Positions 27,968-37,015 of a stretch of DNA of 48,777 bases are shown one piece after another. The notes under the pieces are model-generated. The model searched no databases, was not told the DNA's origin, and worked only from the letters and a program-made list of their open reading frames with translations. Numbering within the stretch: position 1 is the stretch's first letter; each line of letters begins with the position of its first letter. Both the position numbers and the translations under genes were made by a program. Origin of the DNA: Nanobdellota archaeon (GTDB lineage: Archaea > Nanobdellota > Nanobdellia > Woesearchaeales > SKGA01); assembly GCA_051819745.1 (NCBI GenBank), contig JBNJGO010000005.1, positions 1-48,777 of the forward strand. Direction: 5' to 3'.

Positions 27968-29014
27968 ATGGTAGTATTGAAGTCAAAACCAAAGGATTTT
28001 ATTGTTGTTGAAAAATATGACGATTCTATATTTTCAGATGAACCAACTTCTTTTCTTGCTTTTGAATTGAAAAAAAATAATTATACTACTGAACGGGCGG
28101 TTTCACACATCGCTAAGCATCTTCATGTTCCTCGAAAAAATATTTCATATGCTGGAACAAAAGATAAGAACGCGATCACCACTCAATTAATTTCAATTTT
28201 TGGTGTTAATAAGGAAAAAGTTGAATCAATTAATCTTGATGATATCACGTTAACATTCAAAGGATATGTATCTCGACGATTATCGCTTGGCGATCTTAAA
28301 GGCAATTCCTTCACTATTATTATTCGAGATGTGCCTTCAGATTTCACATTGCCTTTTACTTCAAAAGAAGTTGTTTATTTCCCTAATTATTTCGATAAAC
28401 AACGTTTCTCCTCAAATAATGTTCGGATTGGAAAAGCGATCATAAAAAAAGAGTTTGATGATGCTTGCGATATTATTTGCCAGTCAGATAATGATTGGTC
28501 GCAAAAAATATCTTCTTATCTTGATGATCATATGAATGATTTTGTTGGGGCATTGCGGTTGTTACCCTCGAAAACATTATTATTTTATGTTCATGCTTTG
28601 CAAAGTTATTATTTCAATATGTTTTTAGGAAATTATATTGAATCAAATTATGCTCGATATATGACACTTTCATTTGATTTTGGAGATCTTGTTTTTCCAT
28701 TGGATATAGATAGTATTTCACGATCAGATATTTCGTTCCCTCTTTTTGGTTATGATAGTGAACTTAGCGAAGAACAAGTAAACTTGTTAAGTGATGATGA
28801 TATATCGATAATTGATTGTATTAATCGTCAACTACCAGAATTATCTTTAGAAGGGAGTATGAGAAAAGCATTTTCAAGCGCAGAAAATATTTCTTTATTC
28901 AAAGAAACTTCTCAAGAAAAAACCACAATAACAGCGTCTTTTTTCCTTCCTAAAGGGGCGTATGCTACTATTCTTCTCAAGACTATTTTTCCTGAATTGT
29001 TTTCTGCCAGTTGA
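27968..29014 (+). CDS. truD: tRNA pseudouridine(13) synthase TruD
   Basis: K-x-x-P-x-DF-x-V-x-E, YAGTKDKNA-x-T-x-Q, GDL-x-GN-x-F, PNYFD-x-QRF, F-x-LPKG-x-YAT. Confidence 0.93.
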   Translation: MVVLKSKPKDFIVVEKYDDSIFSDEPTSFLAFELKKNNYTTERAVSHIAKHLHVPRKNISYAGTKDKNAITTQLISIFGVNKEKVESINLDDITLTFKGYVSRRLSLGDLKGNSFTIIIRDVPSDFTLPFTSKEVVYFPNYFDKQRFSSNNVRIGKAIIKKEFDDACDIICQSDNDWSQKISSYLDDHMNDFVGALRLLPSKTLLFYVHALQSYYFNMFLGNYIESNYARYMTLSFDFGDLVFPLDIDSISRSDISFPLFGYDSELSEEQVNLLSDDDISIIDCINRQLPELSLEGSMRKAFSSAENISLFKETSQEKTTITASFFLPKGAYATILLKTIFPELFSAS

Positions 29015-29654
29015 TAATACTGTTAGTAATATTGTTTCGATCTTGCTTTAAATTTAAATCTCCTCTGAGTTTCAAAAGTGGCATATTTTCTTTTTCAATA
29101 AGATTGAGAATAGGTTCTGTTTTTTTGTGATATGTGTTCAATCGTTCTTGAATTATTTCAGGTTTGTCGTCTTTTCTCCTTATCAGTTTAGTCTCGCACT
29201 CATCACAAATACCTTTTTCTTTTGGCGGTTTTGTACTGAGATGATATGTATGTCCGCACGAAGGACAAACCATTCGTTGCGTTAATCGTTTTATTATTGC
29301 TTGATCCTCAAGTTCGATTACGATAACACCATCAAGTTTTCCAGTCTTTAAAATAAACTGTGCTTGGTTGATATCTCTTGGGAAACCATCGATGATAAAA
29401 CCTCTTTTCACATCATTTTTTTCAAGTCGAAGTGTTATTATTTCTTCAGTGATATGATCTGGCACTAGTTGTCCTTGTTTAACATCTTGTTCCACTTGTT
29501 TTCCAAGTTCATCTTGTTTTTGTATATGTTCTCGAAGCATATCTCCCACTGATAGGTGTGTGAGATTGAACTCTTCACTGATAATTTCGCAGATAGTTCC
29601 TTTCCCTGATCCTGGAGGTCCAATAATGCACAATTTATATTGTTTTTCAGTCAT
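28983..29654 (-). CDS. adk: Adenylate kinase (bacterial-type, Zn-binding LID)
   Basis: GPPGSGKGT, HLSVGDMLR, GFIIDGFPR, CPSC...CDEC LID, RKDD. Confidence 0.93.
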   Translation of the reverse strand: MTEKQYKLCIIGPPGSGKGTICEIISEEFNLTHLSVGDMLREHIQKQDELGKQVEQDVKQGQLVPDHITEEIITLRLEKNDVKRGFIIDGFPRDINQAQFILKTGKLDGVIVIELEDQAIIKRLTQRMVCPSCGHTYHLSTKPPKEKGICDECETKLIRRKDDKPEIIQERLNTYHKKTEPILNLIEKENMPLLKLRGDLNLKQDRNNITNSIINWQKTIQEK

Positions 29655-29661
29655 TATAAGT

Positions 29662-30123
29662 TCACCCGAAATATTTTTCAGTAATGGTTGTTTTTTCTTC
29701 TTGTTTAGCCCAGAGTGCCGTTATGATAGTAATATGTTCTTGTATGTCTGGTTGGATTGTTTTCCAAAAAGTTATTGCTTCTTTCAAAAAAGTTATTTTT
29801 GATTGTTCAGTCGGTTTGATTTTTACAAGTAATTGTTTTCGTTTAAAGGATTGTAATTGTTGATATAATATTTGAATTTCAGGTCGTTTTTCATCTGGAA
29901 AAGAACTTGCTTCCGTCATTGTTTGAAGAGATGAATCTGGTTGGAGTAATCCTTCGTACAAATCACTTATTTCTTCAAATAAGGTGCTGAGTTGGTCGAT
30001 CATAGTGTTAAGAATTGTTTTTTCAGATTCTGAATCAACATCTATTGTTCCAATACTGTTTTCAAATTCTTGTATTGATAAAAGGTTGTGTTTTGTCAAA
30101 TAGTCATTCAATGTTGTTGTCAT
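29662..30123 (-). CDS. Hypothetical helical protein, probably co-transcribed with adk
   Basis: 153-aa ORF 7 nt upstream of adk, with a TATA-like TTTAAA about 25 nt upstream. Confidence 0.7.
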   Translation of the reverse strand: MTTTLNDYLTKHNLLSIQEFENSIGTIDVDSESEKTILNTMIDQLSTLFEEISDLYEGLLQPDSSLQTMTEASSFPDEKRPEIQILYQQLQSFKRKQLLVKIKPTEQSKITFLKEAITFWKTIQPDIQEHITIITALWAKQEEKTTITEKYFG

Positions 30124-30288
30124 ATGTCATTTGGTTTCTCGATTGTTTAAATATCTTTCTTCTTTGTGGTTTTGTTTTTATTAATATTATGTAATGAAGT
30201 GTTGTCGTTTCAATTAATTATTATTACTATTTTTTATCATAGACATATACAAACATTTTTAAACACAAACAAGTGTTATAGTTTCACA

Positions 30289-30951
30289 ATGGATATTTTT
30301 GCTATTCTCGGAATCGCTTTGGTTGTTATAGTCATTATAGTATCATTGAAATTATTTCGTAGTGTTTTCAAAACAATAATTTCGGTGGTGGGATTATTAT
30401 TGGTGTGCGGTATTATTTTTGGTGTGCTTGTAGCAAAAGATATGCAAGATTTTAAAGAAGATTTTCTTACCAATGATTCCACATATCTTCTTGAAGACAA
30501 CGGCTCTATTGTTGCTGGTTTTAAATCTGTAGGATTTGATTTTTCAACATTCCAACCAGTATCTGTCGATAATAAATCGTATCCTCCTGAAAATATTTCT
30601 TCTGATGATCCTATTCATTTTTACATCGACAAAGATATTTTAGTTATGGTTGAAAGTGATTCTTCAGAATTTGCTGTTGGGAGTCAAGAATTATTGGATT
30701 CAAAAGATGAGAATATGCGCTCACGAGGGTTTATGGTTTCTCTCTCTTCAACGCTAGTTCAAAACGGTCCGTTATATTTGTTTAAGCAAATCAAGAATGA
30801 AACCGTCACTATTAAACCTTCAAGATTTATCTTTGAAGTAATGTCCTTTACTCCTAAAAAATTATGGTCTGGTGTTGAGGGTTCTTTTGTTGATAGGAAA
30901 AATCAATTGAAGAATATATCCTTATCAAAAAATAATGAGAGTGAAACTTAA
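30289..30951 (+). CDS. Hypothetical membrane protein
   Basis: ORF track 30166..30951. ATG 30289 is ~26 nt after the TATA box (TTTTTAAA). Two N-terminal TM helices. Confidence 0.72.
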   Translation: MDIFAILGIALVVIVIIVSLKLFRSVFKTIISVVGLLLVCGIIFGVLVAKDMQDFKEDFLTNDSTYLLEDNGSIVAGFKSVGFDFSTFQPVSVDNKSYPPENISSDDPIHFYIDKDILVMVESDSSEFAVGSQELLDSKDENMRSRGFMVSLSSTLVQNGPLYLFKQIKNETVTIKPSRFIFEVMSFTPKKLWSGVEGSFVDRKNQLKNISLSKNNESET

Positions 30952-30992
30952 CTTATTAGTTGAGATTAATATGTGTTGTGAGGTGTGTTTTT

Positions 30993-31616
30993 ATGAGCTT
31001 TTTTGATAAATTACAATTTTGGAAGAAATCGGATGACTTATCTTCTGATCCGTTCTCTTCTGATGCTGATTCTTCGTTTTCTGGAGCTGATGATTCGACA
31101 AACCAGTCAATCTCTGACAAGAATTTTTCACAAGGGGAACTTCCTCCTCTAGATTCTTCCAGTCAACAAACGGGTTCTGCGGACTTTGAGAATGATCCTG
31201 GATTTATGGATCCTAATGCTCACGCTTCAGGAGATAATACTCCTACTGATGACAATCAACCTCAACCAAATCAATATCCTCAGGAGGGACAATCTCAAGC
31301 TGGTCAACCTCAACAAAATAATTCTGATGATACTGTGATGATGTCTTCTGATGAGGGGGATCGACCTATTGGTAAAGAATTAGCTGATAAATATATTAAT
31401 AGCGAATCAAGATATGATGTTTCTCAAAATAAAAATCAACGGCAAGCGACTAATCAACCTTCTCAACAAACATCAAATTCGAAAAAACCTATTGAACACT
31501 CTCTTGAATTAATCAATATCAAACTTGATTCTCTTAAAAACGCTCTTGATGCCATTTCTCAACGACTAATTAAGGTTGAGAATGAACTTGAGAAAGAATC
31601 TCGACGTCGATGGTGA
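30993..31616 (+). CDS. Hypothetical acidic disordered protein with a C-terminal coiled coil
   Basis: GAGGTG SD before ATG 30993. [12 protein letters not shown] amphipathic start, D/S/Q-rich middle, [22 protein letters not shown]. Confidence 0.75.
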   Translation: MSFFDKLQFWKKSDDLSSDPFSSDADSSFSGADDSTNQSISDKNFSQGELPPLDSSSQQTGSADFENDPGFMDPNAHASGDNTPTDDNQPQPNQYPQEGQSQAGQPQQNNSDDTVMMSSDEGDRPIGKELADKYINSESRYDVSQNKNQRQATNQPSQQTSNSKKPIEHSLELINIKLDSLKNALDAISQRLIKVENELEKESRRRW

Positions 31617-31617
31617 T

Positions 31618-32115
31618 ATGGTGCGTTTTCAAACTGTTCTTGCCAGATCATCTTCTTTTCTGTCATTCAAAAATAATTGGTTTATTCTTTCATTAACAAC
31701 AATTGTCATTCTTTTGTTTGATATTTTTTCAAAACAACTTATTAGATATCATTTTCAACCAACATCTGGATTTATCTCTATAACACCAACCTCAAATACT
31801 GGTTCTTTATTTTCATTATTCTCTTCTTCAATGTATAGTAATATTATTTTCATCATCCTAACAATTATTCTCATCGCATTATTATTTGTTTTTTTATCGA
31901 CAACCCCTCAATTATTTTCAAGAAATAGTTTTTTGTATTCGGGTTTGATTGTTGGTGGTGCTCTTGGAAATGGTTTCGATAGGGTGTTGTTTGGCGCTGT
32001 TTTTGATTGGATTGACATAGCTTGGTGGCCAGTATTTAATATTGCTGACACTGCAATTGTTTGTGGAGTTATCTTGATGTGTGTTGTTCTTATCAAAAAA
32101 AGGACTGAATGGTGA
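31618..32115 (+). CDS. lspA: Lipoprotein signal peptidase II (family A8)
   Basis: D-x-x-SK, NTG-x-x-FS, GGALGN-x-x-DR, V-x-[11 protein letters not shown] (both catalytic Asp residues). Four TM segments. Confidence 0.88.
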   Translation: MVRFQTVLARSSSFLSFKNNWFILSLTTIVILLFDIFSKQLIRYHFQPTSGFISITPTSNTGSLFSLFSSSMYSNIIFIILTIILIALLFVFLSTTPQLFSRNSFLYSGLIVGGALGNGFDRVLFGAVFDWIDIAWWPVFNIADTAIVCGVILMCVVLIKKRTEW

Positions 32116-32119
32116 GTGT

Positions 32120-32650
32120 ATGCGTATAGTCTTAGTTCGTCATGGTGAAACAAATTACAATGTTCTTGGTCTTTGTAGTGAAAAACCAGGATATAATGTA
32201 TACTTGACGACTCGTGGTGAACTTCAAGTCAAGCGTATTGCCTTGCAGTTAAAACCGTATTCTTTCGATTCAGTTTATGTTTCTGATTTATTTCGCACTC
32301 AGCAAACAGCACATATCATAAACGAACACCATCATGTTCCTCTCAGCGTTGATTCTCGTCTAAACGATCGTTATACTGGTTTTGATAGTCGTCCCATACG
32401 CGAGTTTAGAGAAAGTATATCTCAAGATCCTTTTCACAAAAAACCTGTTGAGGGAGAATCCTTTCAAGAAGTTAAAGCGAGAGTGCGTTCATTTATTGAA
32501 GACCTTAAGAAAAGAACTCATCATACTGTTTTGATAGTAACTCATAGTTGTATAATTCGCGTATTTTATCTTATCGTCAATAATCTCCCTGATACTGAAG
32601 TATCTTCTATTGAAGTTGCTAACGCTAGTGTTTATGAATTCGAATTATGA
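32120..32650 (+). CDS. Histidine phosphatase (phosphoglycerate mutase-like) family protein
   Basis: LVRHGET, SDL-x-RT-x-QTA, GESF, LIVTH. Confidence 0.9.
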   Translation: MRIVLVRHGETNYNVLGLCSEKPGYNVYLTTRGELQVKRIALQLKPYSFDSVYVSDLFRTQQTAHIINEHHHVPLSVDSRLNDRYTGFDSRPIREFRESISQDPFHKKPVEGESFQEVKARVRSFIEDLKKRTHHTVLIVTHSCIIRVFYLIVNNLPDTEVSSIEVANASVYEFEL

Positions 32651-32756
32651 TTTTGCTGTTATCAAGACTTATTTTATCCGTTTACACTTTGTTTTGTCTT
32701 GGTTTTAAGCGTTGTCTCCGACAATTATTTAAACAACCGTTAGTTTTCAATTCATA

Positions 32757-33104
32757 ATGGCAAAAAAACCAACACCTGAAGAGATTAGAAAACAACGAGA
32801 AATGGAAGATATTCGAAGAGTTCGCCTTCCAAGAAATAACGAAGTCATTGGATTGTTACTTGCTCGTTTGGGTGGAAGTAGAACTAGAGTGTTGTGTACT
32901 GATGGTCAAGAAAGAATTTGTAGAATTCCTGGTCGTCTAAAGAGATCACTCTGGGTTCGAGAGAATGATATTGTTCTTGTTGAACCGTGGGAGTTTGGTG
33001 GTGACGAAAAAGGAGATATTATTTTCAAATACCGTCCTTCACAAGCTAAATGGCTTCGAAGAAAAGGTTTTCTTGATGATCTTGATTCAATGGATGAATT
33101 CTAG
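32757..33104 (+). CDS. eif1a: Translation initiation factor aIF-1A
   Basis: RVRLP...LGGSR-x-x-V-x-C-x-DG-x-ERICRIPGRLKR-x-x-W-x-RE-x-D-x-V-x-V-x-PW...KGDI. Confidence 0.95.
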   Translation: MAKKPTPEEIRKQREMEDIRRVRLPRNNEVIGLLLARLGGSRTRVLCTDGQERICRIPGRLKRSLWVRENDIVLVEPWEFGGDEKGDIIFKYRPSQAKWLRRKGFLDDLDSMDEF

Positions 33105-33130
33105 ATTTTTTCATATTCTAAGGTGACTGT

Positions 33131-33607
33131 ATGGACTTTAATACAGAATACAATTTGAACTTACCGGGTCAGAAACGGGTTGTTATTGATGGTCGGATTT
33201 CAAAGCGAGCGATAGCTTTCATTATAGATTTGATTATCATTCACCTATTATTTTTAGGTCCTCTTATAGATTTATTTCCATCATCGCTTTCCTTATCGTC
33301 CTTGAGTGAGGTGTCGTTTGGTTTTTCAATATTTTTTAGTTCTGCTCTAGGTTGTATTTTATTATTGTATTTTTCTTTGTTCGAACATTTTTTAGGAGCT
33401 ACTCCTGGAATGCGTTTGCTTGGACTTCAAACATACACGTTATCTTTTTCACAAGCAGTAGTTCGAAATGTCTTTGTTATTCCTGTTTTTCCTTTCTACT
33501 TATTGTGGATTGTTGAATTATATTATCTTATCAAATATAAACAACGATTTTTAGAACGAGCAACTCAAACTAAAACCTTGGAGGTTATGACATATTCAAC
33601 ACAGTAA
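33131..33607 (+). CDS. RDD family membrane protein
   Basis: KRAIAFIID, Y-x-x-LFE-x-x-x-GATPG-x-x-LLG, VVRN, QR-x-x-E-x-x-x-x-T. Confidence 0.85.
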   Translation: MDFNTEYNLNLPGQKRVVIDGRISKRAIAFIIDLIIIHLLFLGPLIDLFPSSLSLSSLSEVSFGFSIFFSSALGCILLLYFSLFEHFLGATPGMRLLGLQTYTLSFSQAVVRNVFVIPVFPFYLLWIVELYYLIKYKQRFLERATQTKTLEVMTYSTQ

Positions 33608-33658
33608 TGTTTTAATGAACTTATATTTATGTACGTTTCATATTGTAATGGTGATATC

Positions 33659-34627
33659 ATGGCAAAAAAATCTTCTTCAAAAAAACAATCAAATACAATT
33701 CCTTTCCAATTAAAACCTAGAAAGAATTCATTATTTTCAACTATTGCTATTATTGTATTCTTGCTTCTTTTTGTTAGCTTGATAGCTGGATGCGCTAGTC
33801 TTTTTATGCCTGAACAAGATACGGGTAACACTGCTCTTATTCCTATTCATGGCTCGATTATGCCAACTGGGTCAACGTCAGCTTTTGATGATGCGATTGC
33901 TTCAAGTAGTGATATTGTTTCTATGATTGAATCTGCAAATAATAATGATCAAATCAAAGTTATTGTCCTCGACATAAATTCTGGTGGTGGGGCTCCTGTT
34001 GCTTCTGCTGAAATAGCGAGAGCTGTTAAAAACTCTTCTAAACCTACTATTGCCTGGATTCGTGATGTTGGTGCAAGTGGGGCGTATTGGGTTGCGTCAA
34101 GTGCTGATACTATTGTTGCTCATGAACTTTCAACAACGGGTTCTATAGGTGTGCTTGCTTCATATTTAGAATTTTCTGGTCTTTTAGACGAGTATAATGT
34201 GTCTTACAATCGTCAAGTGTCTGGTTATTATAAGGATATGGGGACCCCTCTAAAAGAAATGACTCCTTCTGAAGAGCGTATTTATCAAAATCTTCTTGAT
34301 GATATGCACAGTGTATTTATCTCAAACGTTGCACAAAATAGGAATATGTCTGTTTCAGCTGTTACGGAACTTGCTGATGGTAGGGTTTATCTTGGTATTT
34401 CTGCTAAAGAGAATGGTCTTGTTGATGTTCTTGGAAGTAAGTCCGAAGTTATTGACTTGGCACAACAACATGTTGAAGGTGATGTTGATTTTAGGCGTTA
34501 CCAGGTTGAGAAATCTTTTTTTGATATGGTTCCTTCCATCTCATCAACTCTTGGACAGTCAATAGGTGTTGGTCTTGGAAAACAACTAACGACTCGAAGC
34601 ACTACAACACAAACACCTACAGTATAG
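33659..34627 (+). CDS. sppA: Signal peptide peptidase SppA (S49)
   Basis: INSGGG, KP-x-IA, GASGAYWVAS, TGSIGV, G-x-YKDMG, ADGRV, GLVD-x-LG. ATG 33659 follows a GGTG SD. Confidence 0.93.
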   Translation: MAKKSSSKKQSNTIPFQLKPRKNSLFSTIAIIVFLLLFVSLIAGCASLFMPEQDTGNTALIPIHGSIMPTGSTSAFDDAIASSSDIVSMIESANNNDQIKVIVLDINSGGGAPVASAEIARAVKNSSKPTIAWIRDVGASGAYWVASSADTIVAHELSTTGSIGVLASYLEFSGLLDEYNVSYNRQVSGYYKDMGTPLKEMTPSEERIYQNLLDDMHSVFISNVAQNRNMSVSAVTELADGRVYLGISAKENGLVDVLGSKSEVIDLAQQHVEGDVDFRRYQVEKSFFDMVPSISSTLGQSIGVGLGKQLTTRSTTTQTPTV

Positions 34628-34808
34628 ATGGGTAGTTTTGATGTTTTTTTCCTTCTTTTTTCTATTTGAAGATTGAATTATAAATTGTATTATATTTTTT
34701 TCTGGATTTTATTCTCTATCAAATAAATGCCTTTGATTTAAAAAAATAGGAACTTTAATTTCAAAGAATTAGTAAATTAAACTAAATTAAAAAAATAATA
34801 AAAATTAT

Positions 34809-35297
34809 TTACTCGTCATCGTCCTCATCATCTTCTCGTCGAATAACTTTAACAGCATCCATTCGAAGAGTGATAGGGATTGGGACTGCAGCGTCAAGGA
34901 GTTCAACAACCACTTCTTCTTTTTGTCTGTCGATTCTTGAAACTTTTGCTTTTTCACGTTTGAACGCGCCACTGATGATTTCAACAATATCATTTTTTTT
35001 GATATTCATCTCTTTACTGACTTGTTCAATCATATGTGATATTTCTTCATATCCTACGATGCTTGGTAGAAGTCCTTTTGAGTATGGTATTCCAAATCCT
35101 GCTTGTTCTGCATCGCTTCTACTACCTGCTTCGATAAATATGTATCCTCTCATTCCATGAGGTCTGACTATAGAGTACACTTCGAGTTTTTTTCGTTTGA
35201 CATTGCTTGAGAGAAATGAAAGTACTTGATCTTCTCTATTAGCGGTTGTTCGAAGTGCGTAAATGTGTGATTCTTGTGTGGTTTCTTGTTCTGTCAC
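34809..35297 (-). CDS. spt5: Transcription elongation factor Spt5/NusG
   Basis: YALRTT-x-x-RE, GYIFIE, KOW motif DIVEIISGAFK, VELLDAAVPIPIT. Confidence 0.95.
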   Translation of the reverse strand: MTEQETTQESHIYALRTTANREDQVLSFLSSNVKRKKLEVYSIVRPHGMRGYIFIEAGSRSDAEQAGFGIPYSKGLLPSIVGYEEISHMIEQVSKEMNIKKNDIVEIISGAFKREKAKVSRIDRQKEEVVVELLDAAVPIPITLRMDAVKVIRREDDEDDDE

Positions 35298-35312
35298 GTT
35301 ACTTCACCTTTT

Positions 35313-35483
35313 TTAGAGTACATAATCTATGAGGTGGATGATAAATCCTATTAGTCCTATAAGCAGTATTCCTAAACCTGAAACTTTAAGGAGTGATTTA
35401 TACTCCTCTCGTTCTGGTTTTTTTGTTATCTTAAAAACTCGGACACATTCTTTGTAAAATGATGAAAGCTTATTTTTTTTCAT
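35313..35483 (-). CDS. secE: Protein translocase subunit SecE/Sec61-gamma (56 aa, missing from the ORF track)
   Basis: Translated manually: MKKNKLSSFYKECVRVFKITKKPEREEYKSLLKVSGLGILLIGLIGFIIHLIDYVL. Has the RV-x-x-x-x-KKP-x-x-EEY and G-x-x-x-IG-x-IGF motifs, a GAGG SD and the conserved ftsZ-secE-spt5 synteny. Confidence 0.93.
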   Translation of the reverse strand: MKKNKLSSFYKECVRVFKITKKPEREEYKSLLKVSGLGILLIGLIGFIIHLIDYVL

Positions 35484-35544
35484 TGTGTTATCCTCAACGG
35501 AAGCAACCGCTTTCTTTTAAATATATTGTTTTTATATTTGTAGT

Positions 35545-36702
35545 TTAATTAACGAATTCAATACCTAAATCGGTTTCTATCTCTTTTTTACCTTCGAATT
35601 TCTTTGATTCGCGTCCTGTTATTTGGCTACTATTAACACCTGTTACGATAAGCATCACTCGAATAGTATTTTCTAAGTCTTCGCTGATTTGAGCTCCCCA
35701 TATGACTTTCGCATCATCTGATAATCGTTCGCTTATGGCTTCAACAACTGTTTTTGCCTCTTCAAGTCGAAGATCGGATCCTCCTGCTACATTAATGAGT
35801 GCTCCGTGAGCTCCAGCAATATCTACATCGAGGAGTGGATTGTTAACTGCCTTATCAACCGCTTCGCTTGCTCTTTGGTCGGTATCTGATTCTCCAACTC
35901 CAATGAGTGCTACACCTCCATCTCCCATTACTGCTCTGATATCTGCAAAATCGAGGTTTACAAGTCCTGCTTTAGTGACGAGCTCTGCAATTCCTTTTAC
36001 TGCGTTTGTGAGTATCTCATCTGCCACTTTGAATGCAGTATGTAGTGGGAGGTCGTGTGCAATTTCAAGTAATTTATCGTTTGGTATAACAATTAATGTA
36101 TCAACACTTTTCTCGAGCATTTCAAGACCGAACATAGCGTTTTCTTTACGACGTCCACCTTCCATTTCAAATGGTATTGTAACGATTGCGACTGTTAAAG
36201 CTCCTGCTTTCTTTGCGATTTCAGCGACTACTGGTGCGGATCCTGTTCCTGTTCCTCCACCAAGCCCGCAAGTGATAAAAACCATGTCGCTTCCTTGAAT
36301 GCTATTTCTGATGTCTGCTTCGGATTCTTTTGCTGATTCTTGACCTATTTTTGGTTGTCCGCCAGCGCCAAGTCCTTTAGTAAGATCTCGTCCTATAAGT
36401 ACTTTCTTATCTGCGCTAGTATAAAGAAGATCTTGTGCGTCTGTATTAACTGCAATCGTTTCTGTTCCTACAATACCCACTTCTGAAATTCGGTTTATTG
36501 TATTACAACCACTTCCTCCTGCGCCGATGACTTTGATACTTGCTTTTTGATTTGATAATAGTGCTTCAAGTTCTTGATCGACAACATTATCTGGTCGTTG
36601 TAATTGTTCTCTTGTTTGAGTTGCAGTATTTCCGTTTTCCTGTTCTTTTGGTGTTTGTTCGGTTGCGTTTTGAAAAAATGAGTCCACTTTAATTCCCTCC
36701 AT
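35545..36702 (-). CDS. ftsZ: Cell division protein FtsZ (FtsZ1-type by synteny)
   Basis: IG-x-GG-x-G-x-N, NTDAQDL, GLGGGTGTG, NLDFAD. Confidence 0.97.
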   Translation of the reverse strand: MEGIKVDSFFQNATEQTPKEQENGNTATQTREQLQRPDNVVDQELEALLSNQKASIKVIGAGGSGCNTINRISEVGIVGTETIAVNTDAQDLLYTSADKKVLIGRDLTKGLGAGGQPKIGQESAKESEADIRNSIQGSDMVFITCGLGGGTGTGSAPVVAEIAKKAGALTVAIVTIPFEMEGGRRKENAMFGLEMLEKSVDTLIVIPNDKLLEIAHDLPLHTAFKVADEILTNAVKGIAELVTKAGLVNLDFADIRAVMGDGGVALIGVGESDTDQRASEAVDKAVNNPLLDVDIAGAHGALINVAGGSDLRLEEAKTVVEAISERLSDDAKVIWGAQISEDLENTIRVMLIVTGVNSSQITGRESKKFEGKKEIETDLGIEFVN

Positions 36703-37015
36703 CGTACTAGATAGTGTTATATTGTGCTAGTATAATTATTCCTCAATTATATTGCAGTTTGCACTACCACCCTATACCGTAAAAAATTGGCGTTTTGAAA
36801 TTTATAAATCTTTGTATTGTGTTCTCTCTTTTCAAAGATATTTTGCTTACAATTGGTCTTTACACGGAGTCTTTCCTATTAAGAGGTGTTTTTGAGGATT
36901 GTTCGGATCATAATATATTATGTTGATTATTAAATATATTATTCGTTTAGAATTTGATTGTAAAAAATTAAATAAAAAAATAAAAAATAAAAATATTGAT
37001 TATCCTCTACTATTT

